This document shows, one piece after another, positions 13,701 through 26,200 of a stretch of DNA of 64,000 nt. Position 1 is the stretch's first letter, and every line of letters starts with the position of its first letter. Location: NCBI GenBank assembly GCA_965644315.1, contig CBFFRQ010000020.1, positions 256,534-320,533 on the forward strand. Reading direction: 5' to 3'. The position numbers were made by a program, and so were the translations under genes. Source of the DNA: Caecitellus pseudoparvulus (Eukaryota > Protista > Bigyra: Bicosoecida). The notes beneath the pieces are model-generated. The model saw nothing but the letters and a program-made list of their open reading frames with translations, was not told where the DNA came from and did not search any database.

Positions 13701-16700
13701 GACTCGCCCTCTGAACTCAAAAGCTTGATGGATCCTCTTCCAGCATCACTTCCTGCACTAATTCGTACGTGCCCGAAAGTTGAAGAAGTAGCCCTGCTGA
13801 GCCCGCCCGTTTTGGCTCGAATCGCTGCCTGCTGGCCTGTCGACTGAACGACCACCCTTCCGTTGCTTCCTGCAGTCAAGGACACGCCCGACCCACCCCC
13901 TGCGCCAGACTCAACAAGTACGCTTCCTGCCATTCCAGCATCACCACTTCTTGCACTGACACTGCCACTTGCGTGGTGGGCGCTGCTTGACTGTGCTGAG
14001 ATTTCACCAGAAGAAGGAGCTTCGCCTGACCTGACGCCCACCGTGCCGCTTGCAGACCCGCCGCCACTTCCCAATGTCATCATTCCAGAAAGGGGTGCAC
14101 TTCCAGTCAAGCTTGAGATTCGGCCGCTTGTGCTCAGACCTGCACCTGTTCCAAGTGCTACGGCCCCCGACCTCGCTCCAGGTCCAGACGACACTTGGAC
14201 ACTCCCACTGAATGTCTGCCCACTTCCCGACTCTAGCAGAATGCCACCCGTTGCCAAGTGTGCACCACCACTTGAGATGGAAACCTGGCCACTGTCTGCA
14301 GCACTGTCCTCTGTTGCGATGAGCAGGTTTCCACCAGGGGAGAAAGAGCTCGCCGAGCCAGACAGAATGTGCACGTCGGATGCCGCACTCTCTACGCTCG
14401 ATCCAGACATGATCGAAACGCCAGAGGCTGCAGAGCTGTGTGAGGACCCTGAGTGAAGCAGCAACCTGCCACTGGCGTGCAGGCCTTCTCCAGAACCAAA
14501 AAGCAGCGAGCCCGTACTCGGACCGGGGCCTGTCTTTATTGTCACTCCGCCGGACGGCGCATGCTCGGAACTGCCTGACTCGAATAAAATGCTGCCCCCC
14601 TTGCTGCGACCAGTCCCTGAGGCAACTCGGACGTCTCCCGCCCGAGATCCTGCCGAGAATCCGCCCACCACATCCACCCCCCCAGCCAGACCTGGCGTCG
14701 TGCTAGAGAAGTGGCCGCCTGCTCTAAAGAGAACAGAACCACCTTGAGTAGTGCCCGCCCCTGGCAAGAGCGACAGATCGCCTACAAAGCCATTTCCAGG
14801 GCCTGATTGAAGGGAAACATCCCCACTCTCACGGCCAGCACGTCTGCTGACCAGCTCAATTCCACCTGACGCACGAAGGTTTGAGCTGGACTGAGCTGTC
14901 ACAAGCCCCGAGTTCAATGCCGTGGGAGTATGGAGTAGGATTGCCCCCGAGCTTGCCTTTCCCGTGCCAGACGAAACGACAGTGCTCCCCCCGCCGGCAT
15001 GGCAGTGCGGGCCACTGCAGGAGCCAGCTGAGGAACCCGCCACAAGACCAACATTCCCACCTCGCAGTAAGCCGTCGCCTGCAGCCAAACTCAGGGAAAG
15101 TGGGGCGCTCCCGGCTTCGCTCCCCAAGTGTACTTCGAGTGAGCCGGCAGCGTCACGGGCCAGCCCGGTCTCCAGAGCTATACCGCCACTTCCCACTCGG
15201 AATCCTGCAGCAGGAGCGGTGGTCAAGTTTACCCCAATTCCATGCTGCCCTGCCGCCGTCTGGATGTGCACACTGCCGCCGACATCTCCGCCTCTCCCCC
15301 CCTCCGCCTTCGTCCGTCCACCTGGCCCCTCAACTGCACCCCCGCCTAAAGCGGCGCTGTGCCCAGCGCTGGAGAAGCTGACGTCGCCCGCGCTTGCACT
15401 CCCCGCTGCCATCCCAGACGTGAACACCAAGCTACTCCCGTCACCAACAGCATCGCCTGCAGCTATCTCCAGAACCCCGGAGTCTCCGAGAGCTGCCCCT
15501 GAAGAGACTTGCACATCCTCGGAGCCTGCTGCGGAAGTTCCACTCTGTATGAAGATGCCACCAGCCTGCAGTGTTCCACCAGCAGAGGACAGACGGAGCA
15601 TTCCTGATGCCAGGGAGCCTGTGGGGGTTTGCACGGTGATGGCTGCGTTTTCTTTGGCTCCCTGACCAGCACCAGCCAAAATTGTGGTGTTTCCTCCAGC
15701 CCCTGTCAAGCCTACGCCAGACTGTAATCGAATTGCACCACCGAGACGGTCTCCACTGCCGCCGACAAGGAGACTGTCCCCTTTTAGCCCAGCTTGCATG
15801 AGCAGTCCTCCACTGTGGTCAGCTTCTCCCGTCAGTAGCAAGATGGGGCCGGCCTGCCCGTCGCGGCTTGCTCCTCCGCGCACAGAGACACTGCCAGACT
15901 CAACCGCATCACTCGCGGAACGCAAGTTGACCATTCCGCTGATCGCTGCTTCAGCGGTCATGAATGAGGCGTTGCCACTCCTACCTGATGTGGACGTCCC
16001 TCCGAGCACCAGAAGGCTAGCACCGCGCGAGCTTGGGCCACTCACCGCACCTGCCTCTGCCACTATATCACCTCCACGCATGCTTCCCTTTCCTAACAAT
16101 GCAGACACATCCGCTCCCTGGCGAAGGTCGGCGATACCGCCTAGCACGTGAAGTGATCCTGAGCTGCCACCCATGTCAGCTGCAGCAGTGGAGACCAACA
16201 CCTCACCGCTCTCCTGTCCAGTGCCGGACTTGAGAGTCAAGTGCCCGCTGCTCGGTGACGGCCCAGATTCGAGTGAAGCTGCAGAGCTAGCGCCATACCC
16301 CTGACCGCTTTGAAGGCTGAGCAAACCAGAATCGTCAGCGCTGCCACCCCCCGCAGCAGCGCCAGAAACAACGTACACGCGGCCACCTCGCTCTGAGTCA
16401 GAGTCTCCGGCGGCAAGCGCAAGGGCGCCACCTGCCGTGGAGCCCTTCGACAACGAATTTCCGGCAAAACCGTGAAGTGAAGCTCCGGGGGCAGTGGAGC
16501 TGTTCCCGGCTCGAAGCGTTACCGTCCCCGCACGAGAACCAGATCCAGAGTTGAGGAACAGGCCACCTGAAGTCCCGCGCACAGCGTTGCCAGAAGAGGT
16601 GCGCACCGCTCCAGAGCTCGTCATGGCAGCCTTGGCAGTGCCCAAGTTTATGTCGCCAGATGCTACACCTTGCCCAGAGAGCACCTGCAGCCCTCCCCCT

Positions 16701-19700
16701 CGCTGGGCACCCGACCCAGCAGAAACAATCACAGGTGCTCCATCCCGCTTCACAGCGTGTCCTGACTGAATGAGTATCTTCCCGGCAGATGTTGACGATG
16801 CATCCCCACTCTCAACAGCGAGGGTACCAGAGGCAAGGAGCGCCTGCCCTGAGCCCAAGGACACATCTCCCGTACGCCCACGCCCCCTTGTTGGTGTTGA
16901 CGCGACGTGAACAGCACCAGACTCGCTGGCTTCGCCTGACAGTGCCAGCAGGCTCCCTCCAGAGCCAGTCGAAGCCCGGCCGCCGGCAAGGCTCACAGCC
17001 CCTGCACGGTCACTGAGGCGAGCCAGGCCAGCGCTGGCCCCCCCCACGACGGCCACCTGGCCGCCGTCGGAGTTTGATGCGCCTGCTGCAAGCCGCACAG
17101 CACCACCAGAAACACCGTGTAGAGATGCAGTGCCAGCGGAAACAGTGATGGGGCTGCCCGGACCAGCAGCACTTGAGCCAGCCAGCAGCTGAACTCTCCC
17201 TGCAGCGCCTTGCCCCGTTTCGCCGGATGCGGCCTGCACCCCTCCAGAATTCACCCCCGCCTCACCTGAGAGGAGATGAACCTGCCCTGAAGCTCGACTG
17301 CTTGAAGAAGACATGTTAAATGCCCCTGTCGATGAGCTGCCAGGAGAAGCACCAGTTGTGGCGAAGACCATGCCGCCTGGACCAATGCGCGCCCTTCCCG
17401 CAGCAAGAACGACCACTCCACCGGACGAAGCTGATGATGCACTGTGGGATGCTCCCCCGTGAATGGAAACACTACCTGCAGCGCCCGCTGATCCTCCAGA
17501 GGCACCTGCCTGAAGCATGAGACTGCCACCAGTGCCTCGCGAGGATGCTGAAGCCCCTGCAGACACCTGAAGCTGGCTGCCAGTGGATGCTGTCACTTGG
17601 CTCCCAACTCTGACGTGCACTCCGCCGGCTTTTGGGCCAGTTCCTGCAGACAGAAGCGCTGAGCCACTGCCGAGGGCTCCCTGTGCTTCGCTGGTCATGA
17701 GATTGAGCGGCCCCGACGAAGCCGCTGACGAAGAGGATATGCGCAGGTCACCGGACCCACCCTCACCAGAGAGGCCGGAGTTGACATGCAGGGCTCCGCC
17801 TTGGGCTTCTTGAGAGGCACCTGCAGCGAGGAGAGCAGCCCCAGCGGCAGCCAGCTGTGAGGATCCTGACAGCGCGGTAAACGAGCCAGCAGTGGAGCGC
17901 TCTGTTGCACCGGCACGCAAGGCAACTGCACCCGCTTGCCCTTCGTGGGCAGCACCTCCAAGCAGCTCTACTGAGCCGGCAACAGCTCCCCGGGTCGTGG
18001 AGGCACCCGTTTGGAGCACGGCGTCCCCTGTGCTGCTGCCACTGCCTGCACCTGTGACGAGTTGGAGGGAGCCCGACAGGCCTGTCGCCGCACCCGTGCG
18101 AATGGCCACTTTGCCTGAGCTCAATCGAGCTTGACCTGACAGCACGGTGGCAGTCTCAGACGCGGGGCTGCTGGGACTGGAGCCCAGGAGGAGGGCCCCC
18201 GACTCGTGGTCGCCCAGCCCTGTCTTGATGGTGGCCTCCCCCGCAGCCTGCCCTCCCAGGCCAGCAGCGGTGAGGATGCTCCCCCCCCTGCCCCCAGCTC
18301 CAGCACGCACATGCACTGCAGCTGCTATTGGCGCCGCCCCAGAGGCTACAGTGACACTGCCAGGCGATGCTGCTGCGCCGGACTGCACCCTGACGCCTCC
18401 CGCGCGAACAGCTGGCGCCGACAGCAGACTGAGGTTGCCGCTCTGGGGGGCAGACCCCGTGACAAAGCGAAGGTGCCCAGAGCCTGAAGTCGCGCCGTTG
18501 CCCGAGGCCAGAGAGATGTCGCCAGCCCTGCCGGAGGCTGCTGGACCAATGGTGTCCCCACCAACAATCTGCACGGACCCGCCGGTGCTGCTCCGCCCAG
18601 CCACGAGGGTCACGTTGCCTGCTGTGGGGCCGCTTCCCGCTCGCGCCGTCACTGCTCCTTGAGCGCCCGCCCGGAGCAAGACACCGCCGGCTGCCACGCC
18701 GGCCCCAGTCGAAACGCGCACACTGCCTGTGGAAGGCGCGCTCCCTGATGAAAGAGAAGCGGAGCCGGATGCAGCCGAGGAGCGGGCGGTGCGCACTGCA
18801 ACACTGCCGGATGAGCCCCCTCCCACTCCCGACGCGAGGGTGGCACGCCCTCCACCCTGACGGGCGGCACCTGAGTGCAGGCGAAGAGGCGCCGACGCCC
18901 CCCCTGACTCACCAGCTCGAACCAGCACTCTGGAGCCTTGACCATGTGGGGAGAGCCCGGCTACCAGGGTGACAGGGCCGCCTCTGCCGCCGCCCCCGCG
19001 CCCGCCTTGCACGAGCAGGTCGCCCGAGGAGGCATTGGCGCGGGCTCCTGCGCCAGGCACTAATGAAACAGCACCCTCCGTTGCAGTGACCAGCACGCTT
19101 CCACCGGTCGCCGCTGTGCTGTTTCCAGCGACCACGTGGACGTCGCCGCCCACGTGCCGCCCAGCGCCAGCCTGGAGCTGTGCGTGTCCCGCCGGCGCCT
19201 GGTGCTGGCGGGAGAGCAAGTTGGCGGGGGAGGAACCCGCGAGGAGGCTGACTGAGCCTCCATGGTGGGCGTGCCCAGTGCCGGCGCCGCCCTCCAGCAC
19301 AATGTCTGCGCTGGCATTGGCCCCCTGGCCCGTGGAGGTCAGGGCCACGCTGGGGCCGGTCACGAGGAAGCCAGACGCGTTCAGCTGCAAGCTGAACGCG
19401 TCAGTGGGGCTGCCCGCAAACAACGCTCCGCCCCCAAGCAATGGGTCTGCGACGATTTCGAGGTCCCCTAGCACTCGGCTCACTGTGCAGAGCACCGATG
19501 GAAGCGGGAGGTGGCGGTGGCAGGAGGCGCGTGCGGGGCACGCCGCAGGTACGCACGGGCGAGCTTTCTGTCCTGAGGAGGGCATTCGCTTGGTTCAAGT
19601 AGCAGTCCATGGTCAATGGACTCCTCCCCTCGGCTTGTGGGACAAGAGGGTTGGCCCCAAGTGCCTTGCTTGGCTGCGTGGGCCTGGGCGACACACGTAG

Positions 19701-20399
19701 AGGTCGAGTGACACCAGCCGCACCCGTAGGGGTGCCGCGTGCACGCCTCGCACGTGGCCGCAGCTGCACACACATCTGTGCAAGTGGAGGAGTCCAGAGG
19801 GTGCAAGGGTGCGCTGCGCCTGTCACCTGTTTACAGGAGGAACGCGCCCGCTGGCTGGGTGCGGAAATCGCTCCCTGCACGCCAGCAGACACAACGCCAC
19901 GGTGCAGGGCAGGAGGGGCCAGCACAGCCCTCACACTGGCCGGAGGCCATGCTCCTTGCTAGGGTGCGAGTGTGCACGCAGTGAGGACGCACCGGAATCA
20001 GCGGGGCACACGGCACCGCCTTCAAAGTACCACTCCGCGCAGGCAGGCGGGGAGGGCGAGCCAGGGAGAGCCGGCGCAGCCGGTCCGGAAGCAGTTCCAG
20101 GCAGGCAGCGCAGAGAGTCTTGGCAGAAGCCGCAGGCGCCCGTTGCAACGCAAGAGGAGCACGTCGTTCTGTGGCGTGAGCGTGGGTTTTGGTGTGCGGG
20201 CGCGCGTGCTGGGGCGTGCGGAGGCGCCGTGCAGGTTCTCAGTGCGGAACTTGCGCAGGAGGTGGCAGGAGGCACCGCGCACTCAAACGCCGCCCCCGGG
20301 CGCGAGGACTCACTCTTGGCTGCAGTGGGCGCGCGCAAGGCTAACGAGGGCCAGCAAGGCGGCTGCCCTGGTGGCTGAGAGGAAGCCTGGCGGCCGCAT
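1..20399 (-). CDS. Giant secreted Gly/Ser/Ala-rich repeat protein (signal peptide + 2 PSI-like Cys modules + solenoid-like repeats); 3' end beyond window
   Basis: Phase-consistent exons 20399-20314, 20168-19993, 19826-19557 and 19482-<1 with GT-AG introns. Spliced N-terminus MRPPGFLSATRAAALLALVSLARAHCSQETTCSSCVATGACGFCQDSLRC; second module CAAAATCEACTRHPYGCGWCHSTSTC. Then ORFs 8243..19585, 2982..8495 and 1540..3234 with xGGxVxLxSG-type repeats, joined across frameshifts near 8585, 3325 and 1625. Confidence 0.8.
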
Positions 20400-20895
20400 G
20401 TCAACGTAGAAGCGCGCACAAGCGTGCGTGGCAGCGAGCCGAAACGCGCTGCTCAAAACGCAGGAGCTGCGCCCTGCCTGCGAGGGCAGGCAAGGGGCGG
20501 TCCTGACAATGGGTAATGCAGCAAGGTGGGCCTTGCATGCAAAGGGTGAGTTCATGAGGCATGAACTGCAAAATGGCCGGCGCGGGGAATGGTGCCCTGC
20601 AGGCAGGCCTGACGTGTGTGCTGCAGTGGCGTGGTGCGGAAATTGAGGCGGCACACTCTGAGCACCCTCCAGCGCACCGGGCGGCAGAGCAGCCTGCAGG
20701 GCAAATTCTGGCCTGTCTGAAGCTCGCTGCATGATGCATGCCTGCCGTCACTGCACCTCAGCGCCGGCCACAAACCGTGAACCAGGCCTAGCCCACCGGG
20801 CGAGCTAGCTAGGCCACTTCGAGGCGAGGCTCGCAGCGCCGCGCCCCCGGCGCCACCGACTCCTTGCCGTGGCAGTGCGCGCATGTCAGTGCACC

Positions 20896-22041
20896 ATGGC
20901 ATCTTCTGCTGCTGCTGCTGCTGCATCGGAGGTGGGGGGGCATGGTGCCTCAGGGCACGGCACCGGCGTCGCGCAGTCGTGGGCTGCGAAACGGGACGCG
21001 TTGCTGGCAGAGCTGGAGGAGCCGCCCCCCGTCGTGGGCAGCGAAGAGGAGCGCGCCAAGCGTGAGAAGATCGTGGAGGGTGCGCATTTGGCCTTGATTT
21101 CCCTGTACCGCAACGAGTCGGCGGCGCTGATGCTGCAGGTGAGCAGGCGGGCGACTGTGCGCGATCCTGCTGGCCAACTTCCGCAGGGCTCCTCCCCTTC
21201 CCCCCGCGCAGGGCGAGCACCGTGAGGCGGTGGTGGCCGCCCGGCAGGCGCTGAAGTTCTCCATCAAGGTGTACGGCGAGGGCGCCCTGGAGGTGGTGCC
21301 TGCGTACCTGCTGCTGGCCGAGGCGACGCTGGGCGTGGGTGGGTGTGCCACCGTCGCTGCGACGCGCAGTCTGAGAGGGCGCTCACGCCAGCGCTCCCCC
21401 CCCCTCGCCCACCCCGCACAGGCAAGCACCACCAAGTGCAGGAGCTGTTGAGCATGGCGAACTGGACCGTCGTGCGGGCTGGCGGGCGCGTGAGCCACGG
21501 CCTGCGGTCCGCCATGCACCGCAACTTCGGGAAGCTGTTTGCAGCGCAGGGGCGGCTGGAGGAGGCGCTGGCGGAGCTGGCGCGGGATGTGTACCACTGC
21601 GCCCTGCAGGTGGGCCCCGACCACATCGACACGACGAATGGCTACTTCCACATGGGCAGCATCTTCGCGGCGCAGGGCAAGGGCGACGCCGCCCTCGCCT
21701 TCTACGACAAGGTGGTGGATTGCTGGTACAAGTTCTTGCTGGCGGCGGTGGGGGGGGGGGACCCGCCCCCCTCCCCTGCCCAGGTGGCGGAGGCTGACGC
21801 CATGCTGCAGGGCGTCGCCGCGGCTCGCACGCAGCGCCTGGGCCCGCACCACGTGGCGGTGGGGGAGGCGGCGTACACCCGGGCCCTGCTGCTGGCGTGG
21901 GCGGGGCAGGGGGCGGATGCGGCGGACCTGGCCCGCACAGCGCATGCCGTGTACGTGGAGTGCTTGGGGGCGGACCACCCCAGCAGTGCGGAGGTGGCGG
22001 CCTTTGCGGAGGGGGTGGCGGCGGGGGGGGAGGGGGTGTGA
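20896..22041 (+). CDS. ZMYND12: ZMYND12 / inner-arm dynein p38-like TPR protein (no MYND finger seen)
   Basis: Exons 20896-21138, 21212-21338 and 21422-22041. Motifs ALKFSIKVYGEGALEVVPAYLLLAEATLG, MHRNFGKLFAAQG and ELARDVYHCALQVGPDHIDTTNGYFHMG match the recalled ZMYND12 family. Confidence 0.8.
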
Positions 22042-22053
22042 CCCCCCCGCCCC

Positions 22054-23169
22054 TCACCCCTCCTCCTCCTCCCACTCCCCCCCACACGCACTGCACTCGT
22101 AGTGCATCGTGGCGCCCCCCCGCCCCTTGCTCCCCCACGTCTCGCTCTTGCCCACATCCCGCGCGGAGCGCAGGGTGAGCCTGGACACGGCCCGCTGCCC
22201 GCAGTGCTGGCAGGGCAGGGAGCAGGGCATGGCGGGGTTGGCGGGGGCGGCGGCACGTGCGGCTCGAAATGCATCCCGCGTCGCTGCGACGTGGCGTGGG
22301 GCCAGGGCGGACGGCGGCAGCGCCACGAGGGCGGTGGGGGTGAGGCCCCCCCCCGTCACCCGCCCCACCAGGTCTGCGTTGCCGTCGGCCCGCAGGTTCA
22401 GGATGAGAGACTGGGCGGCGGCGGCGTAGGAGGGAGGGGGTGGAGGGGGGTGCCCCCCCTCCCACCCCATGGGCCACCGCCAACGCGCCCTCCACTGCCA
22501 CTGCCAGGGACAGGAGGGTGGGGGTGGGGGGGTCCGCCGTGGGGGACCACCCCAGAGCACCCGCCAGCAGGGCCGCCACCCTCCGGCGATGGGGGGGCAG
22601 TGCGGCGCCGGCTCCACCCGACGCTGTGAGGGCCGCGTCGGCGGCAGCCACGCTTTGTGCCGTGGTGGGGGGGCTGGAGGGGGGGGGTGGTGGGCGCTTG
22701 GAGGGGGGGGGCACCGGCCCCTGCCCCGGCAGGCGGCGCTTGCGGCGGGGCAGGGGTGCTGGTGGTCGGCGCCCGGTGGTGGCGGCGGCGGCGCCGCCCA
22801 CGTCACCAAAGGTGGTGGAGGGGGCTGGTGCAGACGTGGGTGTGTCGGGCGGTGTGGGTGTGAGGGAGGCCGCGTGGGCCGCCTCCAGCTCCTCTTGCAC
22901 TGCTTGGCGCAACTGCTTGTACCACTGCGGCGGGGCAGGGAGCGGAGCAATTACCGCGGCGCCAGGCAGCGCCGCCCCACCCCACGCACCTTGCGAGCGG
23001 GCGTGATTTGTTCCTGCAGCGTAGCACGGTTCAGCACCTTCCACTTGGGCGAATTCACGGGGTGCTCTGCCGTGTACTTGTGGTAGCAGCAGTAGCAGTG
23101 GCGGCCGGCGTACTGCAGTGCAGCAGGCAGGGCGCAGCGGCCCACGGCACACGGCGTCGGCTGGCTCAT
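22054..23169 (-). CDS. TFIIS-like protein (central helical domain + atypical zinc ribbon, Cys-rich N-terminus)
   Basis: YAAAAQSLILNLRADGNADLVGRVTGGGLTPTALVALPPSALAP resembles TFIIS domain II. C-terminal CQHCG...YECSACGGEW zinc ribbon. One intron at ~22930-22990 and a homopolymer frameshift near 22445. Confidence 0.65.
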
Positions 23170-23260
23170 GGCGTGATGGGGCGGGGGGGTGCGATGGTAC
23201 AGGGGGTGTCCCTGTGCGTTTTGGAGTGTGTTGTGGGCGCTGCATTGGGGTGAGGGGGGG

Positions 23261-26200
23261 TCAGTGCGTGGGCCCCCCTCCGCCGGCCCACGCTGTGAAG
23301 AAGGCACGCCAAGCGGCGGCGTCACCCCCCTGCAGCAGTGCGGCGGCGTCCGCCCCCGCCCGCCCCGCGCGCACCGCCGCCGCCTTGGAGGAGGGGGACA
23401 CCGCCCCCGCCGCCAGGCAGGCTGGTGCCGCCGTCGCTGCGGCCAGGCAGGCCAGGAGCAGGGTGACGGTGGGGGGGGGTGCCGCCGCCAGGGCCGGCGT
23501 GACGAGGCCAGCCAGTGCAGGCACTGCTGCGAGGAGGTGAGGCGCCCCCGCCAAGGTGACATCCTCCAGCTGCGCGGCCGGGGCCCAGGCGGGGGGGAGG
23601 CAGCCCCCCTCCACGGCTGCCAGGAGGGGGGCTCGAGCGGGCATGGCCGTCGCCAGGAGACGCAGCAGGGTGTTGTGCAGGGGGGCGCCGGGGGTGGTGG
23701 TGCGCTTGGACACGGTGGCCAGGGCGGGGCAGGCTGTGGGGGCGCCCGTCATGCCGCAGGGGCGGGGGGGCGGCAGCGCCACGGCGTCGGGGGGCAGGGG
23801 CGGCAGCGGCGGCAGGGGTTCCTGTGGAGGAGGGGGCGTGGCGCACCCCCCCCCTGCCGCCCCACTGTCCTGGCCCTGAGGGGGGGGTGGCGGCCCGCTG
23901 CCCACCCGTGTCAGGCCCTTGCCCAGCGCACAGGCGCCGGACCCGCCCCCCGCCAGGGCGGCCACCTCCCCCCCCGTCAACGCACGATCCCAGGTCATGC
24001 TGCACACCGCCGCAGAGGTGGTGGCCATCGTACCACACGTGCTCGCCTCGTTGACGGGGGCCCCTAACCGCCACGCAAGGGGGGGCAGCGGCGCGGCGGT
24101 GCCGGGTGGCAGCACAGCCGCCACCGTCGCAGGCACCCCCACCTCCGGCAACGCAGCAAGCAGGGCCACCTCGGGGCAGGAGCGGGCATGGGGGGCGAGG
24201 GCGGGGGCCGCCGCCGCCACTGCCGCAAGCACACCCCCTGACACGGCGGGTGCAGCCGCCACGCCCACCGTCAGTAGGAGCAGGGCCCATGCCCTGCGGG
24301 CGGGGGGGGGCGTGTCCGGGTGCGCTGCATGCCCGCAGCAGGCCCGCCACAGTGCCTGCTGCGTGGTAGCGGGCAGGGTGGCGGCGGCGGCGGGGGCTGC
24401 CAGGAGGGCCAGGCGGGCGGGGGCGGCGGCATCCAGGGGGGTGGGGGGGGCACCGCCCCCCCCACTGATGGACAGGGTGACGCCGGCCCCCGCCGCATCC
24501 AGGGGAGATAGGCGCAGGGTGATGCCGCCGCCCCCCAGGGAGAGCGGGGGGGGGACCCCGCCGCCGCCCCCCCCCCGCCCCACCTCCGGCGCCAGCACAT
24601 GCTGCGCTGCCCAGGCCAGCAGGGCGGGGGGCGGCGCCGCACCCCCCCTGCACACCCCTGCCACACTCACCCCCCCCACCCACGGCAGTGCCTGGGGGGG
24701 GGCCGCCGCAGCAGTCAAACCGCCCGCCCACATGCCAGGCGGCCACTGCCGCAGGGCGGCCAGCTGGGAGGGGAGGGGCAGTGCCGTCCACAGGGTGGGC
24801 GGGGGTGGAGGGGGGGTGTCCCGCCGCCCCCCCTGTCCCCCCCCGCCCTACCCCCCACACTGGCTGCCCACCCTCGCACGGCGGACGGCAGGTTGGCGGG
24901 GGGGGCGCCGGCGCACGCAGCTGCCAGCAGGTGCAGAGCAGGTGGCGGCAGGGGGTGGTCCACTGCCGCCAGGGCTGCCGCCAGGGCAGGGGGGGGCAGG
25001 GGGTCCGTCCCCCCCCCCGCCAGCACTGCCGCCAGCACTGCCATGTGCCCCAGGAGGGGGCAGGGGGGGGGAGGGGGGGTCCCCCGGCCACCCCCCATGT
25101 CCCCCCTGCCCCCTCGCTGCCCCCCCCCTGCCTGCACGGCACTTGCAGCCAGGAGGGCCAGGGCGGTGGGGGGGTGCGCCAGGGCGGGGAGGGGGTGCCG
25201 GCACCCCCTCCAGCAGCGCACTGGCGACGGCGGCGTGCAGGGAGGGGAGGGTGGGGGGGGCTGGGGTGGCGCTGGGGGCGGCAGTGCCCCCCCCAGCGGA
25301 GGGGGGGCCGCCGCCGCCCCCCTCGGTGGCGGCGTGTGGGCCCACCCCCCACGCTCGCGGCAGATGGGGCGGCGGCGTGCCTGCTAGAATGCCAGCAGCA
25401 GCGGCGAGGGTGGGGGGTGCGGGGACCCCCCCCACCAGCAGCGCCGGGAGGGGTGGTGGCAGGGTGCCGCCCCCCCCCTCCCGCAGACTGCGCTGCAGGA
25501 CGGGTGCCAGGGGGCCTGGCGAGGCGGCCGCATCGGCGCCCATGTCGGCGCCCGTGTCCACTGCCCGTGCCAGGGCAGTGGACACGGGCGCACTTGTGAG
25601 CAGCACAGCCAGTGCGGCGGTGGAAGGCGGCAGCGGCAGCGGGGCAGGCAGTGACCACGCCTCCGCCAGGATGCGCCGGCTGAGGGGGGTGGCGGCGGCC
25701 CCCCCCTCCCGCCCCACCGCCGCCGCCAGCAGCAGGCGCACAGACAGGGGCACGCCGGGGGCGGCGGCGGCATGCAGCCATGTGCCCAGGGTGGCGGAGG
25801 GGGTGGCCCCACCCGCAGCACGGGCGCACACTGCCGCCCACAGGGGGGGTGTGTCCGCCAGGGGGGGTAAGCCCAGCAGGCCCGCCGCCGCCCAGGTGGG
25901 CCCATGCTGCGGGTGGTGGGCCGCCAGCGCCGCCGCGGCCCAGGCGATGGCCGCTGGCAACGCAGCAGCCAGGGCGGGGTGGCTCGCTGCGAGGAGCAGG
26001 GAGAGGAGGGGAGGGGGGGTCAGTTTCAGGGGGTTGGGGGGTGGGCACCCCCTCCCACCCCCACCTCCCCCAGCACACCCCCCAGCACACACCCCAACAG
26101 GCGCGGCGAGCCACCCCCCCTCACCAAGGCGTGCAGCGCCGAGGAGGGGGGGGGTGGGGGGGCGGACACCCCCCCCCACCCCGCACACGCTGCCACTGCC

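Noticed and set aside
39-19700. Many plus-strand Pro/Thr/Ala-rich ORFs (e.g. 582..1721, 1718..2947, 6979..8208)
   Set aside because: Antisense shadows of the Gly/Val/Ser-rich minus-strand gene; the same applies at 60244-63973.
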